Part shown: piece by piece, positions 38,958-50,316 of the stretch
Layout of the letters: every line of letters starts with the position of its first letter
How positions within the stretch are numbered: position 1 is the stretch's first letter
Assembly: GCA_963721485.1 (NCBI GenBank)
Contig: CAVRJV010000006.1
Span: forward strand, 66,847 to 130,846
Length of the DNA stretch: 64,000 bases
Direction of reading: 5' to 3'
DNA from: an uncultured delta proteobacterium
Lineage (GTDB): Bacteria; Desulfobacterota; Binatia; Binatales; Binataceae
Made by a program: the position numbers and the translations under genes
The notes under the pieces: model-generated
Told to the model about the DNA's origin: nothing
What the model saw: the letters and a program-made list of their open reading frames with translations, nothing else
Database searches by the model: none

Positions 38958-40118
38958 TCAGAAGATCAGGGCGCGCGTGTGTTTGGCGATCATAAGGTTT
39001 TCGTTGGTCGGAATTACGCGCACGGTGCAGGGGCTGGAACTTTGGCTGATGATGCCGGCGTTCGAGGCGTTGAGCGCAGGGTGCAGGGCGAGGCCCAGGT
39101 GCGTGAGGCCATTGCATACTTCGGCGCGGATTGCGGGGGCGCGCTCGCCGATGCCACCGGCGAAAACCAGCAGGTCGAGACCGTTCATCGCGGCAGCGAA
39201 TGCGCCGATCTGCTTGCGCAGTTGATAGCAGAACATTTCGATTGCGATTGCCGCGGCGGGATCGCTCTCGCGGCGATCGAGCAGAGTTTTCATGTCCGAG
39301 CTGATCCCGGATACTCCCAGCAACCCGGCGCGTTGATCGACCAGGTCTTCGATTTGGCGGGCATCAAGGCGCTTCTCCTTCATCAGGTACAGCAGGACGC
39401 CGGGATCGAGGTCGCCGCTGCGCGTACCCATCATGAAGCCGCCCATCGGCGTGAAACCCATCGACGTGTCGATGCCCACGCCATCGCGAACCGCGGTCAT
39501 GCTGGCGCCGTTGCCGAGATGAGCGATGACGATTTTCGCTGGACGCGACGGTCCGAGCGTATGCATCACGTATTCGCAGGAGATCCCGTGGAAGCCGTAG
39601 CGTCGCAAACCCTCGTCGTAGAGCGCGGACGGCAGCGCGAAGCGCTCCGCCACCTGGGGCATCTTGCGATGGAATGCGGTATCGAAGCATGCGACCTGTG
39701 GCAGATTCGGGAAGCGGCTCGCGATCGCGCGCATACCAGCGATCGCGCCGGGCATGTGATTCGGAGCGTATGGCACGAGTCGCTCGAGGTCGGCGATCAG
39801 ATCGGGCGTGACCCGCTCGGGCGCGATATGGTTCGCACCGCCGTGGACTACGCGATGACCGACGGCGTCGGCGTCGGGCACCGCTTGACGCTTCATCTCG
39901 TCGCACAACGCGTCGATCGCCTGACGTTGATCAGGATAGTTGCCTCGAGCTTCGGAGATCGTTTTCCCGTTGGCGGCCTGCATCCGCAACACGCCGTCGG
40001 TAAGTCCGATCTTATCGACCTCGCCAGCGATTAGGAGTTTGTCGTCGAGTCCATAGAGCGAGAACTTGCACGAAGACGACCCGACGTTGAGGCAGAGTAT
40101 CGTCTGCTCGTTCGCCAT
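38958..40118 (-). CDS. ackA: Acetate kinase
   Basis: This is the C-terminal 386 aa of track ORF 38958..41114, starting at MANEQTILCLNVGSSSCKFSLY. Also contains VGHRVVHGG, CFDTAFH, YGFHGIS, AHLGNGASM and FAGGIGE. Confidence 0.9.
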   Translation of the reverse strand: MANEQTILCLNVGSSSCKFSLYGLDDKLLIAGEVDKIGLTDGVLRMQAANGKTISEARGNYPDQRQAIDALCDEMKRQAVPDADAVGHRVVHGGANHIAPERVTPDLIADLERLVPYAPNHMPGAIAGMRAIASRFPNLPQVACFDTAFHRKMPQVAERFALPSALYDEGLRRYGFHGISCEYVMHTLGPSRPAKIVIAHLGNGASMTAVRDGVGIDTSMGFTPMGGFMMGTRSGDLDPGVLLYLMKEKRLDARQIEDLVDQRAGLLGVSGISSDMKTLLDRRESDPAAAIAIEMFCYQLRKQIGAFAAAMNGLDLLVFAGGIGERAPAIRAEVCNGLTHLGLALHPALNASNAGIISQSSSPCTVRVIPTNENLMIAKHTRALIF

Positions 40119-40120
40119 TG

Positions 40121-40490
40121 TCAGCCGCCTTTTTCCCTCATCGAGACTTCGTCCCATAGCAGGAGTCTGGTAGCCGTCGGGGTCGCGGAGTTCGGCGCCG
40201 TAGCCCCAGAAATATTTGCCCGGTGGATTCGTGAACGCGACGCCCTTCGATTGCAATTCTTTATACTTCGAATCGACGTCTTCGACCTGCAGCGTCAGCG
40301 AGCATTTCGCGCCGGACAGTTGCGCGGGTTGCTCGTAGAGAAAAATCGTGAAGCCGGCGTCGTCCTGGATCGCGGAGGTCTTGCGCGCGGGAACTTCGAA
40401 TTCAACTTTGAAGCCGAAGTTGCGCACGTACCAGTCGCGCGAAGACTGGTAGTTCGTCACGGGAAGGTTCATGTGATCGAACTTGACCAT
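40121..40490 (-). pseudogene. VOC (glyoxalase/bleomycin-resistance fold) protein, one frameshift near the 3' end as assembled
   Basis: MVKFDHMNLPVTNYQSSRDWYVRNFGFKV...GAELRDPDGY is in the track frame. The natural end RLLLWDEVSMREKGG* is in another frame, with its TGA at 40121-40123, 2 nt before the ackA ATG. The span is 370 nt, which is not a multiple of 3. Confidence 0.75.
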
Positions 40491-40498
40491 CTGCCTCC

Positions 40499-41668
40499 TC
40501 ATTTCTGTCGCGGATGCACGGCGTTGTAGTCGCGGATTGCTTTCAGGATCGCGCCGCCGGCTTTTTCCATCAGCTCTGTCTTTGTTGGCGGTTACGCGGG
40601 CGGCCGATGCTTCGATCGGCTCGATCAGGCCCTGGCATCGCGGCATCACGTAGCGCGCGAGCAGTTCGTAGCTGCGCAGCATTTGCGGACGCGTCGCCCA
40701 GTCGTGCGCGAACACCAGGATCGTGCCGAAGCCGCCCGAGAGTTTCTGCAGCCGCGCGATGCGTTCGAGCGCGTCGTCGGGCGTGCCGAAAATCGCGCCG
40801 CCGTAGTCGCTCATCCGCTTGGCGGCTTCGTAGCCGTCGGGGAACGGCGGGCGATTCGGCGTGCCGAGAATTCCCACGATGTACTCGTTCTGCCAGCGCT
40901 GGAGCCCGGCCGCGACTTCGCGCATCGCCTGCTCTTTCGATTCCGCGAGATGAAACGGCATCACGATTCGCCAGTTCGCGCGATCGATCGTTTGCCCGTG
41001 TTCCTTCGCCGAGGTCTCGCCGAAATTCCATTGCGTCGGCAGCGCCATCAGCCCTTCCTCGGAGTACGACGCGACCGACAGCACGCCCGCGCCGTATTTG
41101 CCCGCGGTCTTCATCCCCGACGGCGAAATCGTCGACGCGACCGCGACCGGGATTTTCTCCTGCAGCGGCCGAATCTGCAGCGCGGCGTTGTGCAGCTCGA
41201 ACCACGAGCCGTTGTAGCTGAAGGGCTCGTCGGTCGTTGAGCAGCCGCAGGATGACGCCGAGGCCTTCGTCCATTCGGTCGCGCTGCGTCATCGGATCGA
41301 TGCCGAGCATGACGGCGTCCGACGGCAGCGCGCCGGGGCCGACCCCGAGCATCGCGCGGCCGTGGCTCAGATGGTCGAGCATCACGATGCGCTGTGCGAC
41401 GTTGAACGGATGATGATACGGAATCGAGACGACGCCGGTGCCGAGCTTGATTCGCTTGGTGCGTTCGGCCGCGGCGACCAGGAACATCTCCGGCGACGCG
41501 ATCGTCTCCCATCCCGCCGAATGATGCTCGCCGACCCAGAACTCGTCGTAGTGAAGATCGTCGAGCCAATTCGGCGAGTTCGAGGTCGCGCTGGAACTGG
41601 AGCGTCGGATGCTCGCCGATAGGATGATGCGGCGCGAGGAACACGCCAAAACCGAGACGCTGTGTCAT
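40499..41668 (-). pseudogene. LLM-class flavin-dependent oxidoreductase (luciferase-like monooxygenase), frameshifts as assembled
   Basis: Fragments are 41111..41713 (MTQRLGFGVFLAPHHPIGEHP), 40570..41649 (DEFWVGEHHSAGWETIASPEMFL...GTGVVSIPYHHPF) and the N-terminal part of 38958..41114 (MKTAGKYGAGVLSVAS...TILVFAHDWA). The end ...AVHPRQK* is readable in another frame. Confidence 0.75.
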
Positions 41669-41722
41669 TCTATTTAACTGCTCCTTGTTTCTCAAGACGG
41701 TCGCGATTTTCAATCGATCGAA

Positions 41723-42404
41723 TTACATGCTGCACTTGGCGAAGCTGACGGTTGAACCGTTGGGACGGGTGTCGCCATCGCGGCCGGGCTTCGGCGACGC
41801 CATTGTAGTTGATGCAGACGCTGCGGGCGCGGGCGGTGCGCTCGACGAGGCTTGAGGGGTGGGCACGGAAACCGTCGGAAGCGGTCCGGACGAAGTCGGC
41901 TCAGCTGCGGGGCTCGCGGCTTCCGACGGCACCGGCGCCGACGCCATCAGCGCCGTGCCTGCGCCGTATTCGTAAACCAGCACGCCGCCGAGATGCGACT
42001 GGTAACCCAGCGTCGCGATCGCCAGGAGGGCAACGATCAGATAAATCGCGCGCGAGCCGGCCATGAAGCCGAACGCCTGGATCATGATTCGCCACACGGC
42101 GAGGACGCCGAAGGCGATCGCGAGATACTCGCCGAGCTCCGCGTGCCGCTTCAGGACTTCCTTGGCTGGATCGGTCCGAGCGCGTCCCAAATGCGATCGG
42201 CCTCCATGTCGCCGGTGAAATACGAACCGCCGGCTGCGAGCGCGCCCAGGATCATCAGCAGCACCGCGGTGTAGCGAAGCCAGATGCGGTTAGGGCTTGC
42301 GCGACGAGATCGATCAGCACGGCGGTGAAGAACAGGGCGACCGAGAAATGATCGACGACCGGATGCAGCTGGTAGGGTTGAAGGAATTTCACGACTGAGT
42401 CCAT
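41723..42404 (-). pseudogene. DUF2231-like membrane protein with a Pro/Ala/Ser-rich tail, frameshifts as assembled
   Basis: The ATG at 42404 follows AAGGAG. MDSVVKFLQPYQLHPVVDHFSVALFFTAVLIDL is the DUF2231-type HPxxVHFP pattern. It continues in 42151..42510 and 41723..42190. Confidence 0.5.
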
Positions 42405-42519
42405 CGATGCTCCTTGAATTGGGCGGGATTCGAGTTCGCGCGGGCGCGGAAACGGGCTGGCGCGATGCGCGGTCTGTGCAGTTTATCGCAAAGCACCGGC
42501 TGACAGGCACCTAATCTGC

Positions 42520-42549
42520 TAAACCCCTTCCCATAGTGGGAAGGGGAAC
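42520..42549 (+). repeat. Short hairpin repeat, family 3, copy 1
   Basis: taaaCCCCTTCCCAtagTGGGAAGGGGaac matches 57298..57328 (taaacgCCCTTCCCAtagTGGGAAGGagaac). Confidence 0.5.
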
Positions 42550-42988
42550 GAGAAAGTGGCACTCCCCGCGCGGAGGGGGTCAGGGATTGGGTTCTTTTTT
42601 AGGCTCGGCATCTCGATTCGAGGTCGCGGATTTCGACGTCGCTCCAATTTCGTTGGGTGAAAAAATAAGTGATCGCCGCGATCCACCGTCAGCGCCTGAA
42701 AATTCGGCGTCCACGACTCCTCGAATCCAAAATGCGCCGCGTCCGGATTGCCTGCGGCCAGCGATCCACCGGTCGTATCGCCGATGTTGACGACGATGTT
42801 CGCGTCGTCGGGCCGAATCCGTCGGCGCCAAGTCGCGCAGGTACCATTGGACCTGCGGCGCGTCGTCGGGGATCATCGCGCTCGCGCCGCCGGGCAACGC
42901 GCTTTGCGCGCGCTCGCACTCTCGCGCCGTCTGAATCGAGGTCGCCGGCTCGGACCAGAACAGCAGCGCGTGCCGCCGCCACGGCGCC

Positions 42989-44130
42989 TCACTCGATGTC
43001 GGGCGCGGGATAAACAAAATTGGTCACGACCTGGACGTACAGCGTCAGCACGAGCACCGCGGCAATCGCGTAACGAATCGAATTCCAATGCGCCACCGAT
43101 GCATCCAATCGACGGCGAAAGCACCCAGGACGGCAAGGGGCAGAATGATAGCGACCACAGCTTCCGCGGAATTTTCGCCGATCGACGCCAGCAATCGCGA
43201 GACTGACGACCGCCCATACCACCGCCCACGCGGCAAATCGATCGCCGATAAATCCCACGACGATCGCGCCGATACCGAAGATCCCGAGCTCCACAACGAT
43301 GAATTCGTAGAACACGCAGAATCGGGACGAGGCGGTGAAGTGCGCGATGCAATGCGATCAACGGCGGTGCGAATGAGGCATTGAAGTCGTAATCAGTAAC
43401 GGCAGGAGCGGCTGCGTGAAGAATGCCGTCGCCAGCAGGAACCACAGAACGATCGCGATGATCGTACAGACGATCACGTGCGCGCGATGCCGGTCCCACC
43501 ATACGCGCAGGCGCAGGCGGCGATGGTCGAGACGAACGCATCGACCGCGCCGACAATCGTCAACGACAGCGATATCGCCGCTGCGGTAATGAAAGCCGAT
43601 CGGATCGGCGCTGAGCCACATCGCGATCGCCACGCCGAGGCCAGCCGCGCGCACGATAGTTCGCACGCCGCCGCATACTCTCCGCGATTGCGATCGCCAC
43701 TATCATGAACGTGACCGACGCGATCGCGGTCGAGCCGCCGCGCGAATAAGTAGGCGATGCTCGGCGAAATCGCGATCAATCGCGGCGAAGGCGAGCGCGC
43801 CTGCGCGGCCGAGCACCGGGCGCATGGCAAAGCCGACCGCGACAGCAGCAGACCGCATAGCGTCACGACGACTCGCGCGCTGGCGTCGCTCGCGCCCACC
43901 GACGCGAAGATCCAGCCCTGCAATATGGTGACCCACGACGCATCGACGGCAGCGAGCGCGTCGCGACCGCCGGTCGCGATGTGAACGCCGAGAGCGCATC
44001 GGACGCCTGCGACGCATCGAGCGGACGTGCTCCCAGAGCCGCAACGCGCGTGACGAGCGCATACGCCGCGACCAGGTACCAGGCGAGATGCTCCGACCGT
44101 AACGACGTAGACCGGACGCGTCAGCCGCTC
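42989..44130 (-). pseudogene. Polytopic membrane protein, possibly a GT39/ArnT-like glycosyltransferase, heavily frameshifted as assembled
   Basis: Hydrophobic fragments lie in several minus-strand frames (42989..43315, 43358..43666, 43474..43923). HLAWYLVAAYALVTRVAALGARPLD near 44060 resembles the N-terminus of PMT_2/ArnT-type enzymes. 42590..42990 may encode its periplasmic C-terminal part. This is a weak call. Confidence 0.3.
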
Positions 44131-44402
44131 ATGCGCTCAGGTTGGTGACGAGCGCTGTCGTTGGCGGCGCGAGTCGAAGCTGCTGCTCGCCGGTATCGGC
44201 CGGCTTGTCGTCGAGGCGCCATTCGTCTTCAGGAATTTTGTCTGGCTCGATCACTATCTTTATTCCACTCTTGCGACTTCGCTATTGTCCGGACAGCGGG
44301 ATGTCAACGCCGCGCGCCGCGAAAATTAATCCGCTCGAAATGCGGTTTGCCCTTGAGCGAAACCGTGGCGCGGCTATGCTGGAAGGTTCGGGCTGGTAGA
44401 GA

Positions 44403-46140
44403 ATGTTCGGCACCAAAATAAATACCGCGACGCCTCGTCAACGGCACCCTGTCGTTCCTCGCGCTCGCGGCGATTATCGCGCTGTTCTTCGCGTATCGCA
44501 GCCACGCGCAGCATTTCATTCCGCACAACGTGCCCGTCTTCGATCCGCCATCTTCCATACTACGCGTTCTGCTCGTTTTACCGGATGCTCGCCGCGTACA
44601 TCATCGCGCTGATTTTTTCGATCATCTACGGCATGGCGGCCGCGCGCGGCGGGCTCTACGAGCGCATCCTGATTCCCGCCATCGACATCGCGCAGTCGGT
44701 GCCGGTGGTCGGTTTCTTTCCGGCCGCGGTTTATTTCTTCGTCGCGCTCACGCATGGCAGCCGGCTCGGGGTCGAGATGGCGGCCGTTTTTCTCATCTTC
44801 ACCAGCCAGGCGTGGAACATGGCGCTCGGCGTTTACGAAGCGGTCAAAACCATTCCCGACGATTCGCGCGAGTGCATCGAGACTTTCGGCGGCCGCGGAT
44901 GGCTCAAGTTCAAGCGACTGCTGCTGCCGGCCAGCATACCCAAGCTGGTGTACAACTCGATCCTGTCGTGGGTCGCGGGCTGGTACTTCCTCATCGCGTG
45001 CGAAATCATCACTGCCGGTCCCGCCACCTACCGGCTGCCGGGGCTCGGCAGTTTCCTGTGGCAGGCGTCCGAGAAAGGGCCGCAACTTCGATCTGGCGGC
45101 AGGCCTGCTCACCCTGCTCGCGATTATCGTGGCTGATGGACATGATCGTGTGGCAGCCGCTGTCGACGTGGGCGGAAAAGTTCAAGTACGAATTTGCGGC
45201 GTCGTCCGGCGCCGTCGCAATCGCTCGGGATGTTCGATGCGCTGTCCGGCGTCGGCCCGGCGGTGACGCGCGCGCTGCGATCGATCCTGGTGCCTCCGAT
45301 GAGGCTGGCCGGCCGCGCGATCGCCGCGCTTGCCGCGCGGTCCCCAGCTTACGCCGGAGCAGAGCAAGCGACTGGGCGCGATCGTGCGAACGCTTGATCA
45401 TCGGATCGATCGTGATCTTCACGACCTGGGCGTTGGTCGCGGCCTCGTAGCGTTGGTCAAAACCCTCGCGCAGCCGTGGCCGTCCGACGCAAAGCAGATT
45501 CCTGAAGCCATCGTGCTCTCGACCATCCGGATGACGATCGCCTACGCGATCTCGCTGGCGTGGACGGTGCCATGCGCGCTGGCCGCGAGCGAGAACGCGC
45601 GCTTTAACCGAATCCTGTCGCCCATCGCGGAAATCGTCGGATCGATGCCGGCGACGGCGCTGTTCCCGATCATCGTCGCGGTCTTCATCGAGTTCACCGG
45701 CGGGATGAATCTCGGCGTCGATCGTGCTGATCCTCACCGGCATGCAATGGTACCTGCTCTTCAACCTGCTCGCGGGAATCAACCAGGTGCCCGAGGACTT
45801 GAAGGAAGCCGCGCGCGCGTTTGGACTCTCCCGCGTCGCGCGATGGCGCAAGCTGATTCTGCCGGCGGTGACGCCGTCGCTGATCACCGGCAGCATCACC
45901 GCCTGGGGCGGCGGATGGAACGCGCTCATCCTGTCCGAATATTTCGTCTACAACGATCAGACTCATCAGGTGCTCGGAATCGGCGCGCTGCTCGACGCCG
46001 CCACTTACGGCAAGGCCAGCAACGGCGTGATGATCCTGCTGAGCCTCTTATCAATGATAGCGGTAGTGCTACTGTTGAACCGGCTGATGTGGCGGCCGCT
46101 GTACAATCTTGCCACGGAGCGTTACAGGCTGGACTACTGA
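44403..46140 (+). pseudogene. Fused double-permease of a NitT/TauT-type ABC transporter (two BPD_transp_1 domains), frameshifts as assembled
   Basis: Fragments are 44585..45136 (LLLPASIPKLVYNSILSWVAGWYFLIACEII), 45330..46196 and 45724..46140 (LILPAVTPSLITGSITAWGGGWNALILSEYF). The N-terminal TM region is readable around 44440-44590 in another frame. Confidence 0.7.
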
Positions 46141-46176
46141 CGCAACTGCGATGTGCGATTCGGATTCATCTGACCC

Positions 46177-46935
46177 ATGGCCTTCCTCGAGCTTAAAAAC
46201 ATCTCGAAAAGTTTCGCCCACGCCAAGGGCATGCTGCAGGTGCTCAATGACATCAGCTTCAACGTCGAGGAGGGCGAGTTCGTCGCGATTGTCGGCCCTT
46301 CGGGATGCGGGAAATCAACGCTGCTCCGCATTATCAACGGCATCGTGCCGATGACTTCGGGGCAGGTGTTGTACCGCGGCCGCCAGGTCGACGGCATCAA
46401 TCTCGAATGCGCGCTCGTATTCCAGTCGTTCGCTCTGCTGCCGTGGCTGTCGGTCAAAGCCAACGTCGAGCTCGGCCTCGAAGCGCAGGGCCTGCCGCCG
46501 GCCGAGCGCGAAAAGCGCGCGGGAATTTACATCGACAAGGTCGGTCTCGACGGCTTCGAAGAGGCCTACCCGCGCGAGCTGTCGGGCGGGATGAAGCAGC
46601 GCGTCGGCTTCGCGCGCGCGCTCGCGGTCGAGCCCAAGGTGCTGATGCTCGATGAGCCGTTCTCGGCGCTCGACGCCCTGACGGCGATCACGCTGCGCGA
46701 AGAGCTGCTCGACATGTGGCAGTCACCCGACATGCCGGTGAAAAATATCCTGCACGTCACCCACATCATCGAGGAGGCAATCGAGCTCGCCGATCGAATC
46801 ATCGTGATGGCGGCGAGCCCCGGCCGAATCGTCAAAGATCTCAAGGTCGAATTGCCGCGACCGCGTGACCGCCGCACCGAAGCCTTCAACGCCTTGACCG
46901 ACAAGGTCTTCTCGATGATCGAGGAGCGCGGTTGA
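46177..46935 (+). CDS. ABC transporter ATP-binding protein (NitT/TauT family)
   Basis: 252 aa. Contains the Walker A GPSGCGKST, the signature LSGGMKQRV and the Walker B LMLDEPFSALD. Confidence 0.9.
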   Translation: MAFLELKNISKSFAHAKGMLQVLNDISFNVEEGEFVAIVGPSGCGKSTLLRIINGIVPMTSGQVLYRGRQVDGINLECALVFQSFALLPWLSVKANVELGLEAQGLPPAEREKRAGIYIDKVGLDGFEEAYPRELSGGMKQRVGFARALAVEPKVLMLDEPFSALDALTAITLREELLDMWQSPDMPVKNILHVTHIIEEAIELADRIIVMAASPGRIVKDLKVELPRPRDRRTEAFNALTDKVFSMIEERG

Positions 46936-47423
46936 TGGCGACACCGGCAATAGCTCCGCTGCCCGATTGCGGGCTGACGCTGGTGTTCGGCCTGCTCGAA
47001 TTGCTCGAGGATCGCGGCGGGCGCGAAGACGGCTACAAAATCGCGCGCGATCTGAATTTCAAATTCGGCGATTTGCTGAAGGTGATGAAGGCCGGTGAAA
47101 TTCTCGGCTTCGTATCGACTCCGGCCGGCGACGTCGTGCTCGAACCGCTCGGCAAGCAATTGCTCGAGGCAAAGATCAACGAGCGCAAATTGATCGTGCG
47201 CGAGCAACTGAAGAAACACAGCCTCTTCAGCTACTTCACTCGCCTGCTTCACGGGCAGGAGGACAAGTCGCTGACCAAGGAAATTGTGCTGGAACATCTC
47301 GCGATGCTGTTGCCGGCTGAAAAACCCGAGCGCCAGTTCCAGGCGATGGTGAATTGGGGGCGTTTCGCCGAGCTGTTCGGCTATAACAAGGACGAGGACC
47401 GTTTCTATCTCGACCACGAATAG
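46932..47423 (+). CDS. AAA-associated-domain protein (accessory component found with NitT/TauT-type ABC ATPases)
   Basis: 163 aa. It overlaps the ATPase stop (ATGA). LLELLEDRGGREDGYKIARDLNFKFGDLLKVMKAGEILGFV fits my recollection of the 'AAA-associated' wHTH-like domain. Confidence 0.65.
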   Translation: MMATPAIAPLPDCGLTLVFGLLELLEDRGGREDGYKIARDLNFKFGDLLKVMKAGEILGFVSTPAGDVVLEPLGKQLLEAKINERKLIVREQLKKHSLFSYFTRLLHGQEDKSLTKEIVLEHLAMLLPAEKPERQFQAMVNWGRFAELFGYNKDEDRFYLDHE

Positions 47424-47433
47424 GAGAACTGCA

Positions 47434-47808
47434 ATGGCAACCGACGCTGAAAAAATCGTGACCGAATTCTGCAACGCATGGCCGCGCAAGAACGTCGACG
47501 AGCTGCTCGGCTTCTTCACCGACGACGCCGTCTATCACAACATCCCGCTCGAACCGGCCAAAGGCAAAGCCGCAATCAAGGCTGTCATCAACATGTTCCT
47601 GCCGATGGCCAAGTCGCTTCACTTCAAAGTTCTAAACAGCGCCGGCGCTGGCAACGTAGTCTTCAACGAGCGCGTCGACGTCTTCGATCTCGGTAACGGC
47701 AAAACGATCTCGCTGGCGGTAGCAGGCGTGTTCGAAGTGACCGGCTCGAAGATCAGCGCATGGCGCGACTACTTCGACATGGCGATGTACACGAAGCAGA
47801 TGTCGTAG
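47434..47808 (+). CDS. Limonene-1,2-epoxide hydrolase / SnoaL-like NTF2-fold protein
   Basis: 124 aa. Contains IVTEFCNAWPRKNVDELLGFFTDDAVYHNIPLEPAKGKAAI...ERVDVF...WRDYFD. Confidence 0.75.
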   Translation: MATDAEKIVTEFCNAWPRKNVDELLGFFTDDAVYHNIPLEPAKGKAAIKAVINMFLPMAKSLHFKVLNSAGAGNVVFNERVDVFDLGNGKTISLAVAGVFEVTGSKISAWRDYFDMAMYTKQMS

Positions 47809-47910
47809 CTCAGGTGTCATCCTGACAGAGCGCGCAACGCGAGCGGCAGGAAGGATCTCGGACAGCTTCGCGAGCGAAGCCGGTTCCGGTTTTGCAATCG
47901 CGCAGCGGTC

Positions 47911-50248
47911 CTACAGATTCATCTGCACGATGGTGGCGCCGGCGCCGCCGTGATGGGGTTCGGCGCCGCGGAAGGATGCGCAGTAGGGCGACGTGCCCAA
48001 GTACTCGGCGACGGCTTTGCGCAGCGCGCCGGAGCCGATGCCGTGGACGATTCGTACCTCGGCGCGATTGGTCAGGAAGGCGGTGTCGAGGAAATCTTCG
48101 AGCTTGCGGAGCGCGTCCGTCGTGCGCATTCCGATGAGGTTCAGCTCGGTGCCCTCACTGCCTTCGACGCTGAAGGTGATCGCGGCCTCCTTCTTTTGTG
48201 CGGGGCGATTCTCAGCGGCGCTCACCGACGAGCGGCGCAGGCGATCGGGCGCGACTTCGATTCGCAGGCCGCCGCGGCTGATGACGGCGCGCGCCGCGTC
48301 GAGCACGATCAGTTCGCCACGGATGTCGCCGACCTGGACGGTGTCGCCGACCTTGAGCGGCGCGTCGGAGTCCGCGGCGTCGTCGGGCGTGGGCGCGAGG
48401 CTCTCCAATTTCGCGGCGGCCTTGGTGACGAAGCCCTTCAAGTCGGTGCGCGATTTTTCGCGCGTCTTCAACTCCTCCATGAGTGCTGTGCCGTCGCGCC
48501 TTAGCTCTTCGATCAGCTCCGCCACTTCGGCGCGCAGCCGCTTGCGATCCGCTTCGGCGCGCGCGTGAGCTTTTTCAGCTTGTTGGAGGACGTTCCTGCT
48601 CGGTCTGGGCCATGTTCAGTTCGCGCTCGCGCAATTTTTCCAGCTGAACAGTGAGCTTGGCGCGCTCGGCGTCGAGTCGTTTCAGCGAGTCGGTGAGCTC
48701 GACGGTGCCGGTGCCCATCGATTGTTCGGCGGCGCGAATTATTTCCTCGGGCAAGCCGAGACGGCGCGCGACTGCGAGTCCGTAGCTTTGGCCGATGGTG
48801 TGCGGCTTCAGGCGATAGAGCGGCGCGAGATGCTCGGCGTCGAAGTCCACGGCGGCGGCTTCGAAGCCGGCCTGCGAGTAGGCGTGCAGCTTCACCGCCG
48901 TCGAATGCGTGGCGATCGCGAGCATGCAGCGGCGCGTGCCGAGATGATTCATCAGGCCGATCGCGAGCGCCGCGCCCTCGGCCGGGTCGGTGCCGGCGCC
49001 GGGCTCGTCGAGAATCACGAGCGCGGGCTCGACCAGCGATCGGATTATATCGGACAGGTTGGCGATGTGGCCGGAGAAGCTCGAGAGGTTGGACTCGATC
49101 GACTGCTCGTCGCCGATGTCGGCGAAGACGCTGTGGAAGACCGTGGCCTTGCTGCCGGCGAGCGCGGGAATCAGCATCCCGGCCTGCGCCATCAGCGAAA
49201 GCAGGCCGACGGTTTTGAGCGCGACGGTTTTGCCGCCGGTGTTGGGGCCGGAGATGACGATGCCGCGTTGGCCTGCGCCGATTTTGACGTCGATCGGAAT
49301 GACATCGCGGCCGCTGGTCATCAGCAGCGGATGACGCGCGCCGATAAGATCGATGCCCTCGTCGACGAGCTGCGGCTCGACGCATCGAAAGCGCTCGGCG
49401 AAAAGCGCGCGGGCGTTGAGCGCGTCGAGTGCGACCATCGCGTCGAAAGTGAGCTGCAACTCGGGCGCGTAGCCGCCGACCATCGCGGTCAGCCGCGCGA
49501 GGATTCGAGTCTCCTCGGCCTCGGCCTCGCGCTCGAGCATCATCAGGCGGTTGTTCAGATCGACCGCCCACATCGGCTCGACGAACAGCGTCTCGCCCGA
49601 CACGCTGCGGTCCTGCACGATGCCCTCGAAGCGCTCGGAGTAGTTAAGCTTCATCGGCAGCACGAAGCGGCGGTTGCGAATCGTGACGATGTAATCGGAG
49701 ACGAACGACTCCATCCCCGACGAGTTGAGCGAGCGGAGCAGGCGCGCTTCGAGATCGGCGCGCTCGTCGCGGAGCCGGCTGCGCAGGCGCTTGAGCTCGG
49801 GGCTCGCGTCGTCGAGGAGCGTACCGTCGTCAGCGAGCGCAGATAGCATCGCGTCGGCGAGTTCCTTGGGCGCGAGCAGGTTGTTCACGAGCGCCGCGAC
49901 ATGGGGGAAGCGCTCGACGCGCGAGCGCAGGAAGCCGCTGACGTGGCGCGCGCCGACGATAAAATCGCGCACCTTGACCAGCGCCTCGCCGCCAAGAATC
50001 GCGCCGACGCGCGCGGCCGCGAGGAGATAGGGTCGCTGATCGGTGAACTCGCTGATGGGAATCGAGCCGGCGTGCGAGCGCAGCTCGACCATCTCGGCCG
50101 TGGTGGTAAGGCGTCTCCGGACTTCGTCGGCGTCGATCGACGGACGCAACTCGGCGGTGGCGTCGCGCCCCGGATCGGAGGCGCAGAGATCCATGACGAG
50201 GTGAATGACCTTGTCGAATTCGAGAGCTTTCAGATCGCGTTCGCGCAT
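47911..50248 (-). pseudogene. mutS2: Endonuclease MutS2 (MutS domain V ATPase plus C-terminal Smr), one frameshift as assembled
   Basis: Track ORFs are 48575..50248 (GPNTGGKTVALKTVGL, DEPGAGTDPAEG) and 47911..48525 (Smr: EVRIVHGIGSGALRKAVAEYL). The 49-nt gap between them is not a multiple of 3. Confidence 0.85.
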
Positions 50249-50316
50249 CGCTAATATCCAGCCAGCTTTCTAAAATTTAGCCCAACTTCGCGCTGCAGGC
50301 ATCAAGGACAAACGAC

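Noticed and set aside
38958-41114. A 718-aa ORF that looks like a novel LLM-VOC-acetate kinase fusion protein
   Set aside because: It is an artefact. The acetate kinase has its own ATG at 40118. The VOC protein's natural C-terminus (RLLLWDEVSMREKGG*) and stop are readable in an adjacent frame just upstream. The LLM gene's natural end (...AVHPRQK*) is likewise in another frame. Missing stops result from indels plus the scarcity of stop codons in GC-rich DNA.
42553-42566. A possible sigma-54 promoter (TGGCAC...GC, GG-N10-GC spacing)
   Set aside because: Only the minimal GG-N10-GC is satisfied, which is trivial in GC-rich DNA. The -12 element is GCGC rather than TTGC. It lies inside a repeat region, and no plus-strand gene lies downstream.
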